Source: Zygnema circumcarinatum SAG 698-1b
Lineage: Eukaryota > Plantae > Zygnematophyceae
Direction of reading: 5' to 3'
DNA length: 64,000 nt
Assembly: GCA_037447605.1 (NCBI GenBank)
Contig: CM074810.1
Location: forward strand, 62,001-126,000
Part shown: one piece after another, positions 12,110-24,384 of the stretch
Position numbering within the stretch: the stretch's first letter is position 1
Layout of the letters: each line of letters starts with the position of its first letter
Made by a program: the position numbers and the translations under genes
The notes under the pieces: model-generated
Seen by the model: only the letters and a program-made list of their open reading frames with translations
Told to the model about the DNA's origin: nothing
The model's database searches: none

Positions 12110-15100
12110 ATGAAGCCGGATCAATCCTCGGTGCCACGAAGTTCACCAATGTCAGGCGCTCCTGATTCATCAGCGCCTCCTGCTCAGTTTCAATCAGCGG
12201 GAAACGTGGCAGGCCCTCAAGATTACCCTCGTCCTCCCTTTCAGGGCGATCTACAAAGACCACACTTTGGAGCAGAACAGTCAGGCTCGCCCTGGAAGCG
12301 CTTCCAGGGCGAGCCTCAGGGCCCGCCCTTTCAAACCGATCAAAGGCCTCCGTTCATGGCCGACATGCAGGGACCCCCGTTTCATGGTGATCTACTTCGG
12401 CCTCCATTTCAGAGTGACCCTCAGAGGGCACCTTTTATTGGAGACTCGCAATGGCCTCCCTTTCAGGGAGATCTCCAAAAAAGATTTTTTAATCAAAGGC
12501 CTTTCTTTCCCGGTGACCAAGGAAGGCCACTTTTCCAAGCAGATCAGCCTGGGCCACCGTTTTTTGGAGAGCCATCTAGACCTCCTTCGCCTCCTATTCA
12601 ACAGCACGGGCGAGACCCATCTGCTGCACCACCCTTTCCTCCCAATTTCAGTCCTGGAAATCAGCCATTTGCTCACCTCAGACCACCTACAGGCGGAGGC
12701 CTCCCACCCTCTCTGCCTTTTTCAAATCCTCCTGTTTCTCAGCCTCATGCCCCATTTCGTCCAGGATTTGGATCAGCTCCTCCCAACGGCGGTCCTCCCC
12801 TGTGGACCCATACACCGGATGGACGGCCTGAACCAGGAAAGTGGATGCCTGACCAATCTGGGGATCAAACATTGGCAGCGGGACAATCGCAGCCACCTGG
12901 AAACCACCGCTTTCCACAACAAGAACAGCTATCTTTCCCTCCGGGGGGGCAATACCCAGGGACGGGTCCCCTGCCAGGAGGCCACCCCATGCAGCTGGGG
13001 GGGCCTCCAGGACAAAGGCAGCTGCCCTTTGGAAATCTGCCGGTGCCTCCTCCAGGCTTTCCAAGGGGCCCCCCAGTTCCGGGTCATGTCCAACAGCTGC
13101 CTCCACCTCCGCCGCCGCAGTATGCCATGTCAGGGCAGCCCCCTCCCTTCTCTACCCAGTTGCCCCCATCCCCTGGGCAATACCCAGGCCAGTTGCCCCC
13201 TCCTGGTTTTCAGATGGACAGTTTAGGTCAACAGCAGACGCATGATTCCTCCCAACAGCAGAAGGTCGATGGATTGAAGAAGAAAGAGCGGCGGAAGTCA
13301 AGATGGGAACCTGAGCCGGACGCTGAGGCTGAGGCAGCAAAGCAAAGTGGAAATTCAATGTTGAATGAGGGATCTCATCTGCAGCTAGGGCCTGGTGCAA
13401 GCAGGGGGGCAAACTCCAGTCAGAGTGACGATCACGGAATGGATGCTGAGCATTATCGCAGGGAAAACCAGGGGCCAATGGACCAGCAACATTCGTACCA
13501 TTCAGAGTTTTATCAGGGGCAGAGAAACTCTTTTGATCAAAATATGGTGCCTTACCAGAATCAAATGCCAGACCAGGTCCGCATTTTGAACCAACAAGGG
13601 CGGCAATGGCCCCCAATTGGGCCATTAGGTGACGTCATGCAGCATATGCCACAGGGCGGTCCTCCAGGCGCGGCAGGAGACTACGGTCGGATAGAGCAAG
13701 CTGTGCAGATGGCAGTTTTGCGTGAACAGGTAAGTGGAGCTCACTAACCACTTAATGCAGTTCACTTGAACTGATAGGACAGGAGAATAGTGATGATAGA
13801 TCATCTTTGTAGGAATGCGTATTCCTCGTTTTGTGCATGATGGTAACTGTTCTTGGGAATGGTTGCATTGACGTGTGGAGTGGTTCAGCAGGCTGTTTTG
13901 GGCAGAATCTGATATAGCACTGTGGTCGGGTTTGACAGGATGCAAGCTTGCAGCAAACCCTGGCAGCGCACAGGTATGTTCTCTAACCATGGCTTTAGCA
14001 GACCCCAACATATAAAACTTGTATAAAAACGTGTGCAATACTCAACGTTGAAAAATTGCTGAGATGGGCATAAGAACTTCAGTTTGTGTTTCACTCTGTC
14101 ACACTAGGGTCATTTCCAGAAAGGAGTGGGAAGTAAATTTGAAGTAGCTACTACTCCTCTCGACTCAATCGTGTCGCATGCCAATGGATTATTCGTTTTC
14201 ATTTGTAGAACGCGGACATTGTCAATAAACTGGAAACTTCACCTTGCTCCAATCGAGTCGAGAATGCTGTCAGGAAGTGTGGCTATGCAGACTGAACTTT
14301 GTTTCTCTGGTGATCCTTCAGGGGAGACAAGAGGACTTTTCTGACTATGGAGGGCGATGATCCGCTAGCTCAGCGGCATGATCCTTCTACGCTGAAGGTG
14401 GCCTCCTTATCCAACATTTTGCTCATGTCACGAAAGTCAGAACTATCTCGCAGTGGGATTGTGATAAGGCAAGGTCAGTGAGAGAGAGAGGGAGAGAGAT
14501 AGAGAGAGAGAGAGAGGGAGAGAGATAGAGAGAGAGAGAGAGGACGAGAGAGAGGGGGGGTGAGAAGGGCATAGTTTCCAATAAACTATGCGGCAATTGG
14601 ATTTGTTAGCAAACACGTATTGTTACGTTCAACTGTTTGTGTCGCGTAAATTTGAGAAATGTACGGAGCTACAGAGGCGCTGTTTGGGACTGGTACAAAT
14701 GCCGCGTTTGCAAGGATTTTACTCACTTTGATATTACTCATTTTGATATGTAACATTCTCGCGAGCTTCATGTCTTATGTTACGCGTAACATTGCATAAT
14801 GGCACGTCCTTCACGTCTAAGGAGAAAGGGACAAACAATTATTTCTCACTTTTGGCAATCAATGGTTGCAGGATAAGCTGCTACAGATGACATCGCAGCA
14901 TCGGGAGGAGGTGGCAGCAAAAAGAGGACGAATAGAAGAATTATCAGGTGTCAAAAATCAGCTCCAGAAGCATTTCTACCCCCCTTTGCAATGTCATATG
15001 GACTCAAATGCAGTAGGCAAAGGGGTAAACCATTTCATGTTTACTTTTTTAGCTACTCCGAAGATAGCCTTAACCCCTGTCGTCCCTGTTGACTGCTTGT

Positions 15101-18100
15101 GCAGAGAACCTAGACATCGGAAATGGCTACGGTGTGCCGGGTGGTGGTGCATATAGTACCGCAATGCGGCCACCTATGTTCTCTCTCGCAGCCACTCCCA
15201 TCCCCCCCTCCGCCGACAACCACGCCGGCAGCAGCAGGGGGCCCCCTCCCTCTTCGACCGGTCCTCGTCGACCGTTCGATGGTCCTGAAGGCGCAGCGAG
15301 GCAGAGGAATGAAGGGGGGGGAGGGGGCAGCCATGCAGACGAGTCGAAGAGGGAGACGGCTGAGGGAGGGGGCGAGCTTCCGGAGTATCTGAAACTGCGG
15401 CTCAAAGCAAGGGGAATCTTGAAGGAGAAGAGCGAGAATGGGCTTATGGAGTCTGCAACTGCGGTAAGAGACTAAGCCAAGTTATTCGTTTGAAAGTGCG
15501 GTTCATACAAGGATTTTTTGAACTTCCAATTAGGGAATGGGATACTAGCATTTAAACTGACCAGTTTAACAGCAGCAGCGATTTTATTTGAAGCGTGCAG
15601 TGGTATCCTTTGAACTGCTGCTCCGTTTCAGTCTGTTACAGATTTTAAAGAGTCATCTTTACAAGCTAACTTACCTTTTTGTGGAGTCAGGGACCTTTGC
15701 AGTCAAATGCCAATCCTTCAACTTCAGAATCTGGTTCGAGGGGGGGAGAGCCGTTGCCAGCTGGCTGGGTGAGAATTAGCCTGCCGTTGCTTGAAGCGTA
15801 GCCGTCCTGTTGGGCCGATTTATTATCACCCTCAGACTGCTAGGCCATGTCTTCAAACACTTACTAGCCCCATTTTGATGTGATACCTGCACTCTCGTCA
15901 ACCAGTGCTAATGGGTTTTCAAATAATTGCACTCTGAATCAAAAGTATAAGTTGCAGAGGAGGAAAAGGTATTTAACAATATCAAACATTTGCTTACCTG
16001 GCGATAGTTTGTAAAGTCTAGTTGTGATAGATGGGATATCCCCTCTGCTTGCTGGTGGTCTCTGGCAGGTGCAAGGGTTAGACCCCCAGAGTTCTCATGT
16101 GTACTATTACTATGAGCCCACGGGGACGAGCCAATGGGAACGTCCGGTCACTGGAGGGAGGAAGGTGGTCCCACCTCCCCCGCCGCCGCCCCCTCAATTG
16201 TCTCCTCTCCCTCCCAACTGGGAGGAAGCGACGGATGCTACTACCGGTGAGGATACTTATGGTTGGTAGGTCAGAAATTTGACATGGCCTTCTGCATATA
16301 TGGAGGATGCAGACGTCTCTGATTTTATATGCCAATTCGGACGATCCTAAGTAGGACATCCTTTCTGCTGCCGCCATGAGTCATGTGCAGGCCAAAAGTA
16401 TTACTACAACGTAAAGACTAATGAAACAAGGTGGGAGCGCCCAAAAGGAGCCTCGAAAACGTCAAGTTTGAAGGATTCCAATAAAGAAAGTGCGTCGGAA
16501 AGTAGCAAACCTGCTGAAGGGGAGATGGCCAATGGAGCGACTCCCAAATTCAAGAAGTGTGCCGGATGTGGAGGGTGGGGGCGGGGCCTCGTTCAATCTT
16601 GGGGCTATTGTCACCACTGTACTCGGTATGTACAACAAAGTAAATTGAAACCCCTTGTCCAGCGGATCGTCAAACACCGTTCGGCAGGCTGCAGGATTGT
16701 TTGACTGAAGTGTTTGAGTGCTATGGATGAATGCTCACCTGGCAATCATGCGTGGTTGCACATGTATGATGATAATAGGGAACTGAAAATTGAAGTGCCG
16801 CCGGATAAGCAATCTGCAAGCCTTCGTCGCACTGGCAGCAGCGGAATTCCTGCACCTGCTGCGGCTACTCCGCCCAGCGAGTCATCTGCAGGAGAATTCA
16901 AGCACAAGTGGCAGGCAGATATTGCTGCAGCTGTTGCTGCAGAGAAACCAGCAGGCAGGTCAGTAAGCGGGAGACCACGTATGGCTACAGTTGTTTCTTA
17001 TTTGTCGGTTATTTTCTTGTTACGGCTTCAGAAGGGCAGATGGAAGACTTCAACGGCGACCTTCTTGATTGACAAATGACGAAATCTTATAGGAGTTAAG
17101 ACTTTTGCGATAAGGAGAGGCAGAGCTGTTGGTGGTTTGAGGATTCTTTACGTCGTAGGACAATGCTGGGAGCTCACTCTTCTTCGCAGAGTGGGGATAA
17201 TCGTAGCTTGTTGTCAGTTTTGAATGCACCATGGCTTTGTTTCAGCAAAGAACTGTCATGCTTGACTAAATTGATATTGCAATTTGAAATGTATGTATGC
17301 ATTAAGGAAGGGCCATTCTGGGGAACAGCAGAGCCGTATCTGGGAAGCCTGGCCTTCCGCCGGCTCGCAAAGTTCAGCGAAAAAGGGTTGCGGACGATAG
17401 CGATTCGTTGGACCCAATGGACCCGTCATCTTACTCTGATGCTCCACGTGGCGGCTGGTAAGCTGTTGAATCGAACAGCGTGCTTTCCATCGTCAGTTGG
17501 TTCTGAAATTTATGTGATCTGAGCTATGGCACGCATTCCACTTAGTTGGTGCGCAACCTGCGGCTGCAGATATCAGTAGTGTTGCAACCTAAACTTGGTA
17601 AACAGTGAAGAGCGGTGAGCTTGTTGGGTTTGGTTGAGAAGCAGGTACACCCGGCACTTAATTTTCCATGAGAACAGAAGTAACCTTCAAACTTAATGTG
17701 GATTTGGCTATTTACTTATGATCTTTCCTTTACACATGCAAATGCAGGGGTGTCGGTCTCAAAGGCGTCCAGCCACGAGCAGCAGACACCACTGCTTCGG
17801 TGAGGATACTGCTGTTTTCTTTCTTTTTGTTACTTGCAACTTGAAGTCGAGTCCAGAAGAGTTGTGAAGTGCTTTGGGAAAGGGGGGTTCCGGATCGAAT
17901 TAGGGCAGTTTTGGCTTCCATTACCCATGAGGAGATAACCATGAATCGTTTAATGAGGTCATGTTTCGATTTCACTCTAACAAACATCGGTCAATGAATG
18001 CTAGTTCATGTCGTGCAATGGTCTGGTGAGGGCTGCTGCACGGTCAGCATGCCTGCCAACTTGGAAACTTGCTCAGAAAGACACCCTTTCACCTGTCCCC

Positions 18101-18487
18101 TTCTCTCTATAGGCCATGTCTGCGCCCTCCCCCTTACCCTCCATCCTTCATTTCTGCACTGTGGACCTTTTCCTTTCGTCCTTGTCTTTCACAAGTAAGA
18201 CAAGGACGAAAGGACAAGGACAAGGACAAGGATGTCTTTTCCTTGTCTTGTCTTGTTTTCCTTGTCTTTGTTGTCTTTGCTCCTCCTTTCTGAGCGTGGG
18301 GCTGTGCAATCGCGGAGGGCAGGGTCCTCTGTTCCAGCAAAGGCCGTACCCCTCCCCCGGGGCAGTGCTGCGGCGGAACGCAGAGCTCGCCGGGGCGGCG
18401 GCAGGTGGAGGAGGGGGCAGGCCGGCGGGGCTGACGTCCATTATGAAGCGCGGCGATGGCAGCGACGGCCTGGGGGATGCCGACTGA
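12110..18487 (+). CDS. WW-domain, PQBP1-like splicing-associated protein (~1060 aa) with a long Pro/Gln/Phe-rich N-terminal extension
   Basis: Exons 12110-13729, 13939-13973, 14322-14397, 14872-14947, 15105-15463, 15691-15768, 16069-16246, 16391-16625, 16779-16958, 17329-17457, 17748-17799, 18323-18487 (3183 nt, in phase). Motifs: GNGYGVPGG, ELPEYLKLRLKARGIL, two WW domains (LPAGW..YYY..TG.SQWERP; LPPNWEE..TGQKYYYN..TRWERP), [65 protein letters not shown] and terminal RGDGSDGLGDAD. The start could lie further upstream, since an acceptor at 12106-12107 implies an upstream exon. Confidence 0.92.
14478..14555 (+). repeat. Interrupted (GA)n microsatellite in a WW-gene intron
   Basis: Direct reading. 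Confidence 0.9.
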
Positions 18488-18513
18488 CTGACTGACTGAC
18501 TGACTGACTGACT
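18482..18513 (+). repeat. (GACT)n tetranucleotide repeat overlapping the WW-gene stop codon
   Basis: GCC GAC TGA CTGACTGACTG...; about 8 units. Confidence 0.9.
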
Positions 18514-19390
18514 GGTCTGTGACTAGCGTTAGCTGGCAAGATAAGATGCGACTCGAGATGCACATGCATTGTAGTTTGAGGTATAACAGAGAGGTCGGCG
18601 CTTTTCTGTCTGCACTCTCTGTGTGGGGGGGAGAATCCTAGGAAGGCTAGCCGGAGTCCTCTGCTCTGCTTTGCTGTTCCTGGAATGGCCTCTTTCGGCC
18701 AGCCGCCGTGTGTGAGTGTAGACTCCCCTGCTGCTCCTGCGGGCTTGTGTCAACGAGTCGGGTGCTGCAAAAACTGCAGCACCCATGCAGATTTTCCTGC
18801 TTCCAGTCATCCTTCTCTAACATAGCAGCATCTATAAAAGGACGTAGCAACTGCGGCTTAATTCATGTCGGCCTTGGAGTCTTTTGGAAGGAGAGCCTTC
18901 CTGTTCTAGGGTTGACCCCTTGACATTTCCTCATTAATGTGACGTGTCACGAAGCACAGGCCCATGCATACTGTCCCGCGACTTTGTCGGGTCGACCTCA
19001 TAGCTGCAGACCTGCCGCATTCTCATCAAGTCAGTGCTGACGGGCGTCGCTGGAGGAGCAAGCAGCAAGGAGGCGTGTCACTGTGGACAGTTCTTGGTGT
19101 GCTCCAGTTGAAAAATATGGAAAAATGTGACTACCCTTTATACACAAGTGCACCACAATGCGATGTGCCATCGCCTTCCACTGTCCGCAAAGCAAATGGC
19201 GGTTTGGAGGTCTCCAGTGCAGGGAGCACTATGGCTTGTCACGGAAGAGCACGTTTGTGATGGGCATCGCTTGAAATAAAATAAATTCCAGGCCATTGGA
19301 TTACATGCCGTCATTTGAGTGCTCAAGTTTTGGTCTCCAGCTTATCTAATAGATGTAAATCCAAAAAATAACAAGGTCAAAAGTTGACCT

Positions 19391-20970
19391 TTAGAACAGT
19401 AATACTCCTTTTAAGTAAAAAGTACCAATGAGGAACCAGCATGTCAAGAGAAGGGCAAACGAAGCCCAAAAAACAAGAAAGCTCCATCCCACCAGGAACA
19501 CACCTAAAGTCATTATGATGAGCCAAGGTGCAAATGCGTAGAAGACGGAGAGCGTGCTCACCCATTGCCCTTCTAACAGGACCATGAGCACAAGATCGAC
19601 CATGTTCCACTTGCTGTGCCCCTTGTAGGCCATAGTGTTGAGACACCGTGCAACAAACGAATGGCAATTACTTGTGAAAATGTTGTAAGAAACGTGTTGA
19701 AATTGTCGCATTACTACCTTCAAAGCATCATCCCACGATTTTCCGGTGTGAACATGAGACTCCGGATTTTGGCAGCTGTGATCCGTGAGGTGGCGGACAA
19801 AGCAAGACTGCATCACCAAAATCAAGGTGACGCGTCAACCAATAAATAAGTCCACAAATGCAAAGCGTGGAGTGCGACCACATCAAAGATGCAGTTGCGC
19901 CATCGAGTTGCCATCACGAGCAGCACTGCCTCTACAAACGTCACGGCTAAAGAAGCGAAATCGTAAGAATTATCCTGAACATACCTTGCAGCCTCAGTCA
20001 TGCAAAGGAAGATAACAAGCCTTGCAAGAAATTTGAACAGGGTCGACATAAGAGAAAGGACAACCTTCGACTTGATTAAAGAGCCTTTAACGTTCCCCGA
20101 CATGCTAGTAAGCATGCTAGTAAAAACAACGGTTACTTGACATCGCCGCAAGGATAGTGCAGCTTCATGAGTTTGGTTTGACAAATATCTACACCTGCTT
20201 AAGAGACGTACGTGAATTGAATGACGAAACTTCTTTTGACTGGAAAACGGAGGAAGAATTGCCGTTCTTATGACAGGTAAAGTAAAGCTAGAAGCTTGTA
20301 CTCTTCGTGTCAGGAAATTTGTCCCTCTCACGCCCAACAGAAAGAAAATATCGTAGAAAATACCAGAAAATTTAGTACAAGCAAAGTACGAACAATAGAT
20401 CACTAGAAGAAGCTTCTTGCATGTAGAACCCGCTTTAAGCTCATTCCACTTAAGCCTGAGCTCTTTCGCAGGCTGTGCTCATACTCATCCCTGTTAAAAT
20501 TTCGATATCGACCGAATTTCGCAATTTCACTTTATTTTTTGGACCAATCGTTTGAGCCGACACTCTGCTCTTGAACGAAGCAAGCAAGCATAAAATTTGA
20601 AGGACAACTGCAACCGACGGAATCGTCCTAAATTCCCACAATTCACCTGCCTTTTCCCATTTCTGTCTCCTTTGGGGCCATGGCGTACCTGATCGGGCCG
20701 CAGGCGGACATAGCGCGATGTGGCCCCAAACGCAAAGCCGTCCACATTGACGAAGTAGGAGCCTGCAAAGTCCAGAATGACGCCGTCCTCCGTGCAGATC
20801 CCCAGGTGGCCCACGAACGGCACCATCCAGGCCACCACGGGGAGCGGCGTCCACACCACGCAGCACGGGAAGCGCGCCCGCGCGGGGTCCACGGGAGGCA
20901 GAAGCGCCATGCCCCCGCCCCCGCCCTCCCTCGGCCCTTGCCCCCCCGCCTCCACGTCGCAGGAAGCCAT
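19391..20970 (-). CDS. RTE1: REVERSION-TO-ETHYLENE SENSITIVITY1 / RTH family membrane protein (TMEM222/DUF778), 232 aa
   Basis: Exons 20970-20689 and 19807-19391, phase 0. Motifs [62 protein letters not shown] and C-terminal TM helices. RTE1 versus RTH orthology is not resolved. Confidence 0.93.
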
Positions 20971-21406
20971 GGCAGACAGCGCTTGCAACACCTCCGCCCT
21001 TATGAGAGGGCAAGAAATCAGGCACCCGAAGGGTCAATAGTGGAACTCACAAAGTGGATCTCAATCTGCCGGTAGATCAACCTTTCTCAATAGGGTATTT
21101 TGCTTTTCCGTACATCTTTCAGTACCGCAAGCAAGTAACCTCGCGGAGTGGATCCCGAGTCTACGGTTGCCTCCCCCCCCCCTGTGCCTCTCGAGCCGTG
21201 CAGGAAAGGCTTGTTCTCTCCTGCTCCGCTCTGCGCCATAGTCAGTCCCTCGCTGCCGCACTGCTGGACTGCTGCCCGCGCCTCCGCTCGCTTGTGCTGT
21301 GCTTGTGCCGCAGCCTCGCTCCTTTCCTCGGCCCTTTCTATACCACTATTGCACCGTCTTTCTTTCTCTCTCTTTTTTGGCTTCAAGTTTCCCGCTTCCG
21401 GCAGCC

Positions 21407-22288
21407 ATGTTCCGCAACCAGTACGATACGGACGTGACGACATGGAGCCCGGCAGGGCGCCTGCATCAGGTGGAGTACGCCATGGAGGCGGTCAAGCAGG
21501 GCAGCGCTGCTGTGGGTCTCCGCTCTAGCACGCATGTTGCTCTGGCGACACTCAAGCGAGCGCCCTCCGAGCTCTCTTCATATCAGAAGAAAATTTTCAA
21601 GATTGACTCGCACATAGGCATCGCTATCGCTGGGCTGAATGCAGATGGCCGCGTGTTGTGTCGGTACATGCGCTCTGAATGCATAAACCACACGTTCATT
21701 TACGAAAGCCCGTTGCCCACAGCGAGACTTATCTCTCAAGTGGCTGACAAGTCGCAAGTCTGCACTGCGAGGTCATGGCGAAGGCCGTACGGTGTAGGTT
21801 TGTTAGTGGCCGGCTATGATGCTGCAACCGGCGCACATTTGTATCAAACCTGTCCGTCTGGAAATTATTTTGAATTTCACGCCATGGCAATCGGAAGTAG
21901 ATCGCAAGCGGCAAAAACTTATCTCGACAGAAAGTTTGAGACGTTCAAGGATGCTGCAAGAGAGGAGCTGATACGGCACGCGCTTTTCGCCGTCAAGGAG
22001 TGTTTGCAGGAGGGAGAATTGACAAGCAAGAATTGCAGCTTGGCTATTGTGGGGAAGGGAGAAGATTTCATCATTTTGGAGGATGAGGATGTGCAGCCAT
22101 ACATTGACATGCTCGATGTGGATGCTATCGCTGTTGAGGGTGGCGATGATGCTCAGAAGGAGGGTCTGGACGAGGAAGGGAAGCAGGATGCAACGGTTGT
22201 GGACGAAGTCGGAAGTGCTGCTCCCACAGAAGGGGCGGGAGCACAGGATGGAGGGGATGGCCCGGCGCCCATGGATGACGAGAGCTGA
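21407..22288 (+). CDS. PAF1: 20S proteasome subunit alpha type-1 (alpha-6/PAF), 293 aa, intronless CDS
   Basis: [61 protein letters not shown], and an acidic tail ending PMDDES. Confidence 0.97.
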   Translation: MFRNQYDTDVTTWSPAGRLHQVEYAMEAVKQGSAAVGLRSSTHVALATLKRAPSELSSYQKKIFKIDSHIGIAIAGLNADGRVLCRYMRSECINHTFIYESPLPTARLISQVADKSQVCTARSWRRPYGVGLLVAGYDAATGAHLYQTCPSGNYFEFHAMAIGSRSQAAKTYLDRKFETFKDAAREELIRHALFAVKECLQEGELTSKNCSLAIVGKGEDFIILEDEDVQPYIDMLDVDAIAVEGGDDAQKEGLDEEGKQDATVVDEVGSAAPTEGAGAQDGGDGPAPMDDES

Positions 22289-23660
22289 TGAGGTGAGGAT
22301 GCAAGAATTGAATGGACCTTGACGTGCTGCATTCTGTTCAAAAAAGATAAAGTTGCATACGTTATCCGGGACTTCTGGACATTCGGTATCTGTAAACCGA
22401 GTTCATCACAGAGGAAACGAAAGCGATGGAGAGAGAGAGTTATGTATCGATATTTAGAGGGGTCATGTAGGTGTGAGTGACCATCATATGCCACTTTAGG
22501 AGCAGGTAGGTCCAAACGGACAATGGATGTCAGCAACTTTAAACAATATTAACCAGCCTTGCCGCAGACGTGACCGCGGGGAGGCCGACCGTTTCACGGT
22601 CACTTTTTCCTCGGGAAAGCTATTGAAATGAAAGTCGTTTGTAGCTTTAGGTTTTTCTGCACGCACGTCGGTAGGTCAATTTTCTTGGTCGGTGCGCTTT
22701 TAGAGAAAGCTGGGTGGCTTCTAGTTCGAACTCCTTTTCCGTAAGCAAAGTGTGAAAGGTCGGAGTATATTCACCAGAAATATTACTTCATACCACGCGG
22801 AATTGACAAAGTTAAATCGTGAAACGTGAAGTTTTCGAAAAATCTCTCGTTAGCAGGGCCGATGGAGGCTTCTGGAATGCTTGGATGCACTCAAGAACGG
22901 CTATTCTATAGTTTTGAGTTTGTGGTTGCTCAGATGATGATTGTAGCACTGATTTTTCAGTGAGGTGGTGTTGTCGAAGTGTCTGAACTTTTTCGCCATA
23001 GTTGGAAAGCTAGAACAACTGAAATATATGATGGGTAGCTCGAGATTTAGTCGAGAATATGTTTCAGTAGGGCACAGGTGGCAGCTTCCATTGCTTCCAC
23101 CTTCCGTTTGGTGAGGCTGAGCCTCAGGGTTCGAGTGTGAAAGTTGTGTTACTTATTCATGACAGGGGAAGCTAGAAAGGTCATGCAGCCGCTTCCCTTT
23201 CCTTTGCACTCATTCAACAGAAATAGATTGTGGGACATCAAACGAAATGGATTGTGAGTGCAGTTCATTTGCTCGTAGTAGTGCCGCTCCTTGCATTGAC
23301 TCTCCTTTATCATTCTCACTCGATTTGTTATAAACAGATTTTTAGACTTCAGAAGACTCATGCGCATGGACTGTCGTCCTAAAGTTTCTGTTTCAGTTGT
23401 GACTGAGTGGCAGGATGATAGAAGGGTCGCAAAGCAGGGCATAGTCATTTACTTGGAGTTGGCACCATGGAGTTGGCAGGCTTTTGGGCGGATAAGTCGT
23501 CTAATCATACTAATACGCCTATTGCCCTCACTGCGCAGGAAGTGGACCAATGGAGCTCGGGGCAGTGTTGGCTGGTGGAGAAACACTTCTCGATTTTCCA
23601 AAAGCGGCGCCTCGCGCTTTGCGCCTGCAGTAACAAATTCAGTCTGGCGATTTTTGGCCT

Positions 23661-23779
23661 GCAGTGAAGTGCAGTGCAGTGAAGTGCAGTGCAGTGAAGT
23701 GCAGTGCAGTGAAGTGCAGTGCAGTGAAGTGCAGTGCAGTGAAGTGCAGTGCAGTGAAGTGCAGTGCAGTGCAGTGCAG
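23661..23779 (+). repeat. 15-bp tandem repeat (GCAGTGAAGTGCAGT) built from GCAGT/GAAGT pentamers
   Basis: About 7 higher-order units followed by several GCAGT. Confidence 0.95.
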
Positions 23780-24058
23780 GCATTGGAAGAGCATTGGCCA
23801 TACTTGTGAATAGCGCCCATGTCCTGCAGCCGGCTCCTCCAACTGGCACGAGATTTGGGGTCCGTCCGTCCAAGCGGTAGAAGCTTCACGCTGTGGAAGG
23901 CTGTCAGCGCCTCGCGCTGAGCGGAGCGGGCGGGACCTCTCAAGTGATGATGTGAGAGTCAGTCATGTAGTGAGCGAGACTCGGTGGATACACGTTGAAG
24001 CGAAAAGTTGAAATATCTCGTCCCCATGTCTGTTGTGGATGAGTGGACGCTTGCATGC

Positions 24059-24384
24059 ATGTATGTATGTATGTATGTATGTATGTATGTATGTATGTAT
24101 GTATGTATGTATGTATGTATGTATGTATGTATGTATGTATGTATGTATGTATGTATGTATGTATGTATGTATGTATGTATGTATGTATGTATGTATGTAT
24201 GTATGTATGTATGTATGTATGTATGTATGTATGTATGTATGTATGTATGTATGTATGTATGTATGTATGTATGTATGTATGTATGTATGTATGTATGTAT
24301 GCATGTATGTATGTATGTATGTATGTATGTATGTATGTATGTATGTATGTATGTATGTATGTATTTAATGTATGTATGTATGTA
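24059..24384 (+). repeat. Long (TGTA)n microsatellite, ~80 units
   Basis: Direct reading; interrupted at ~24301 and ~24364. Confidence 0.97.

Noticed and set aside
15993-16001. CTTACCTGG resembling the U1 snRNA 5' end
   Set aside because: No downstream U1 stem-loops or Sm site; it is intronic sequence.
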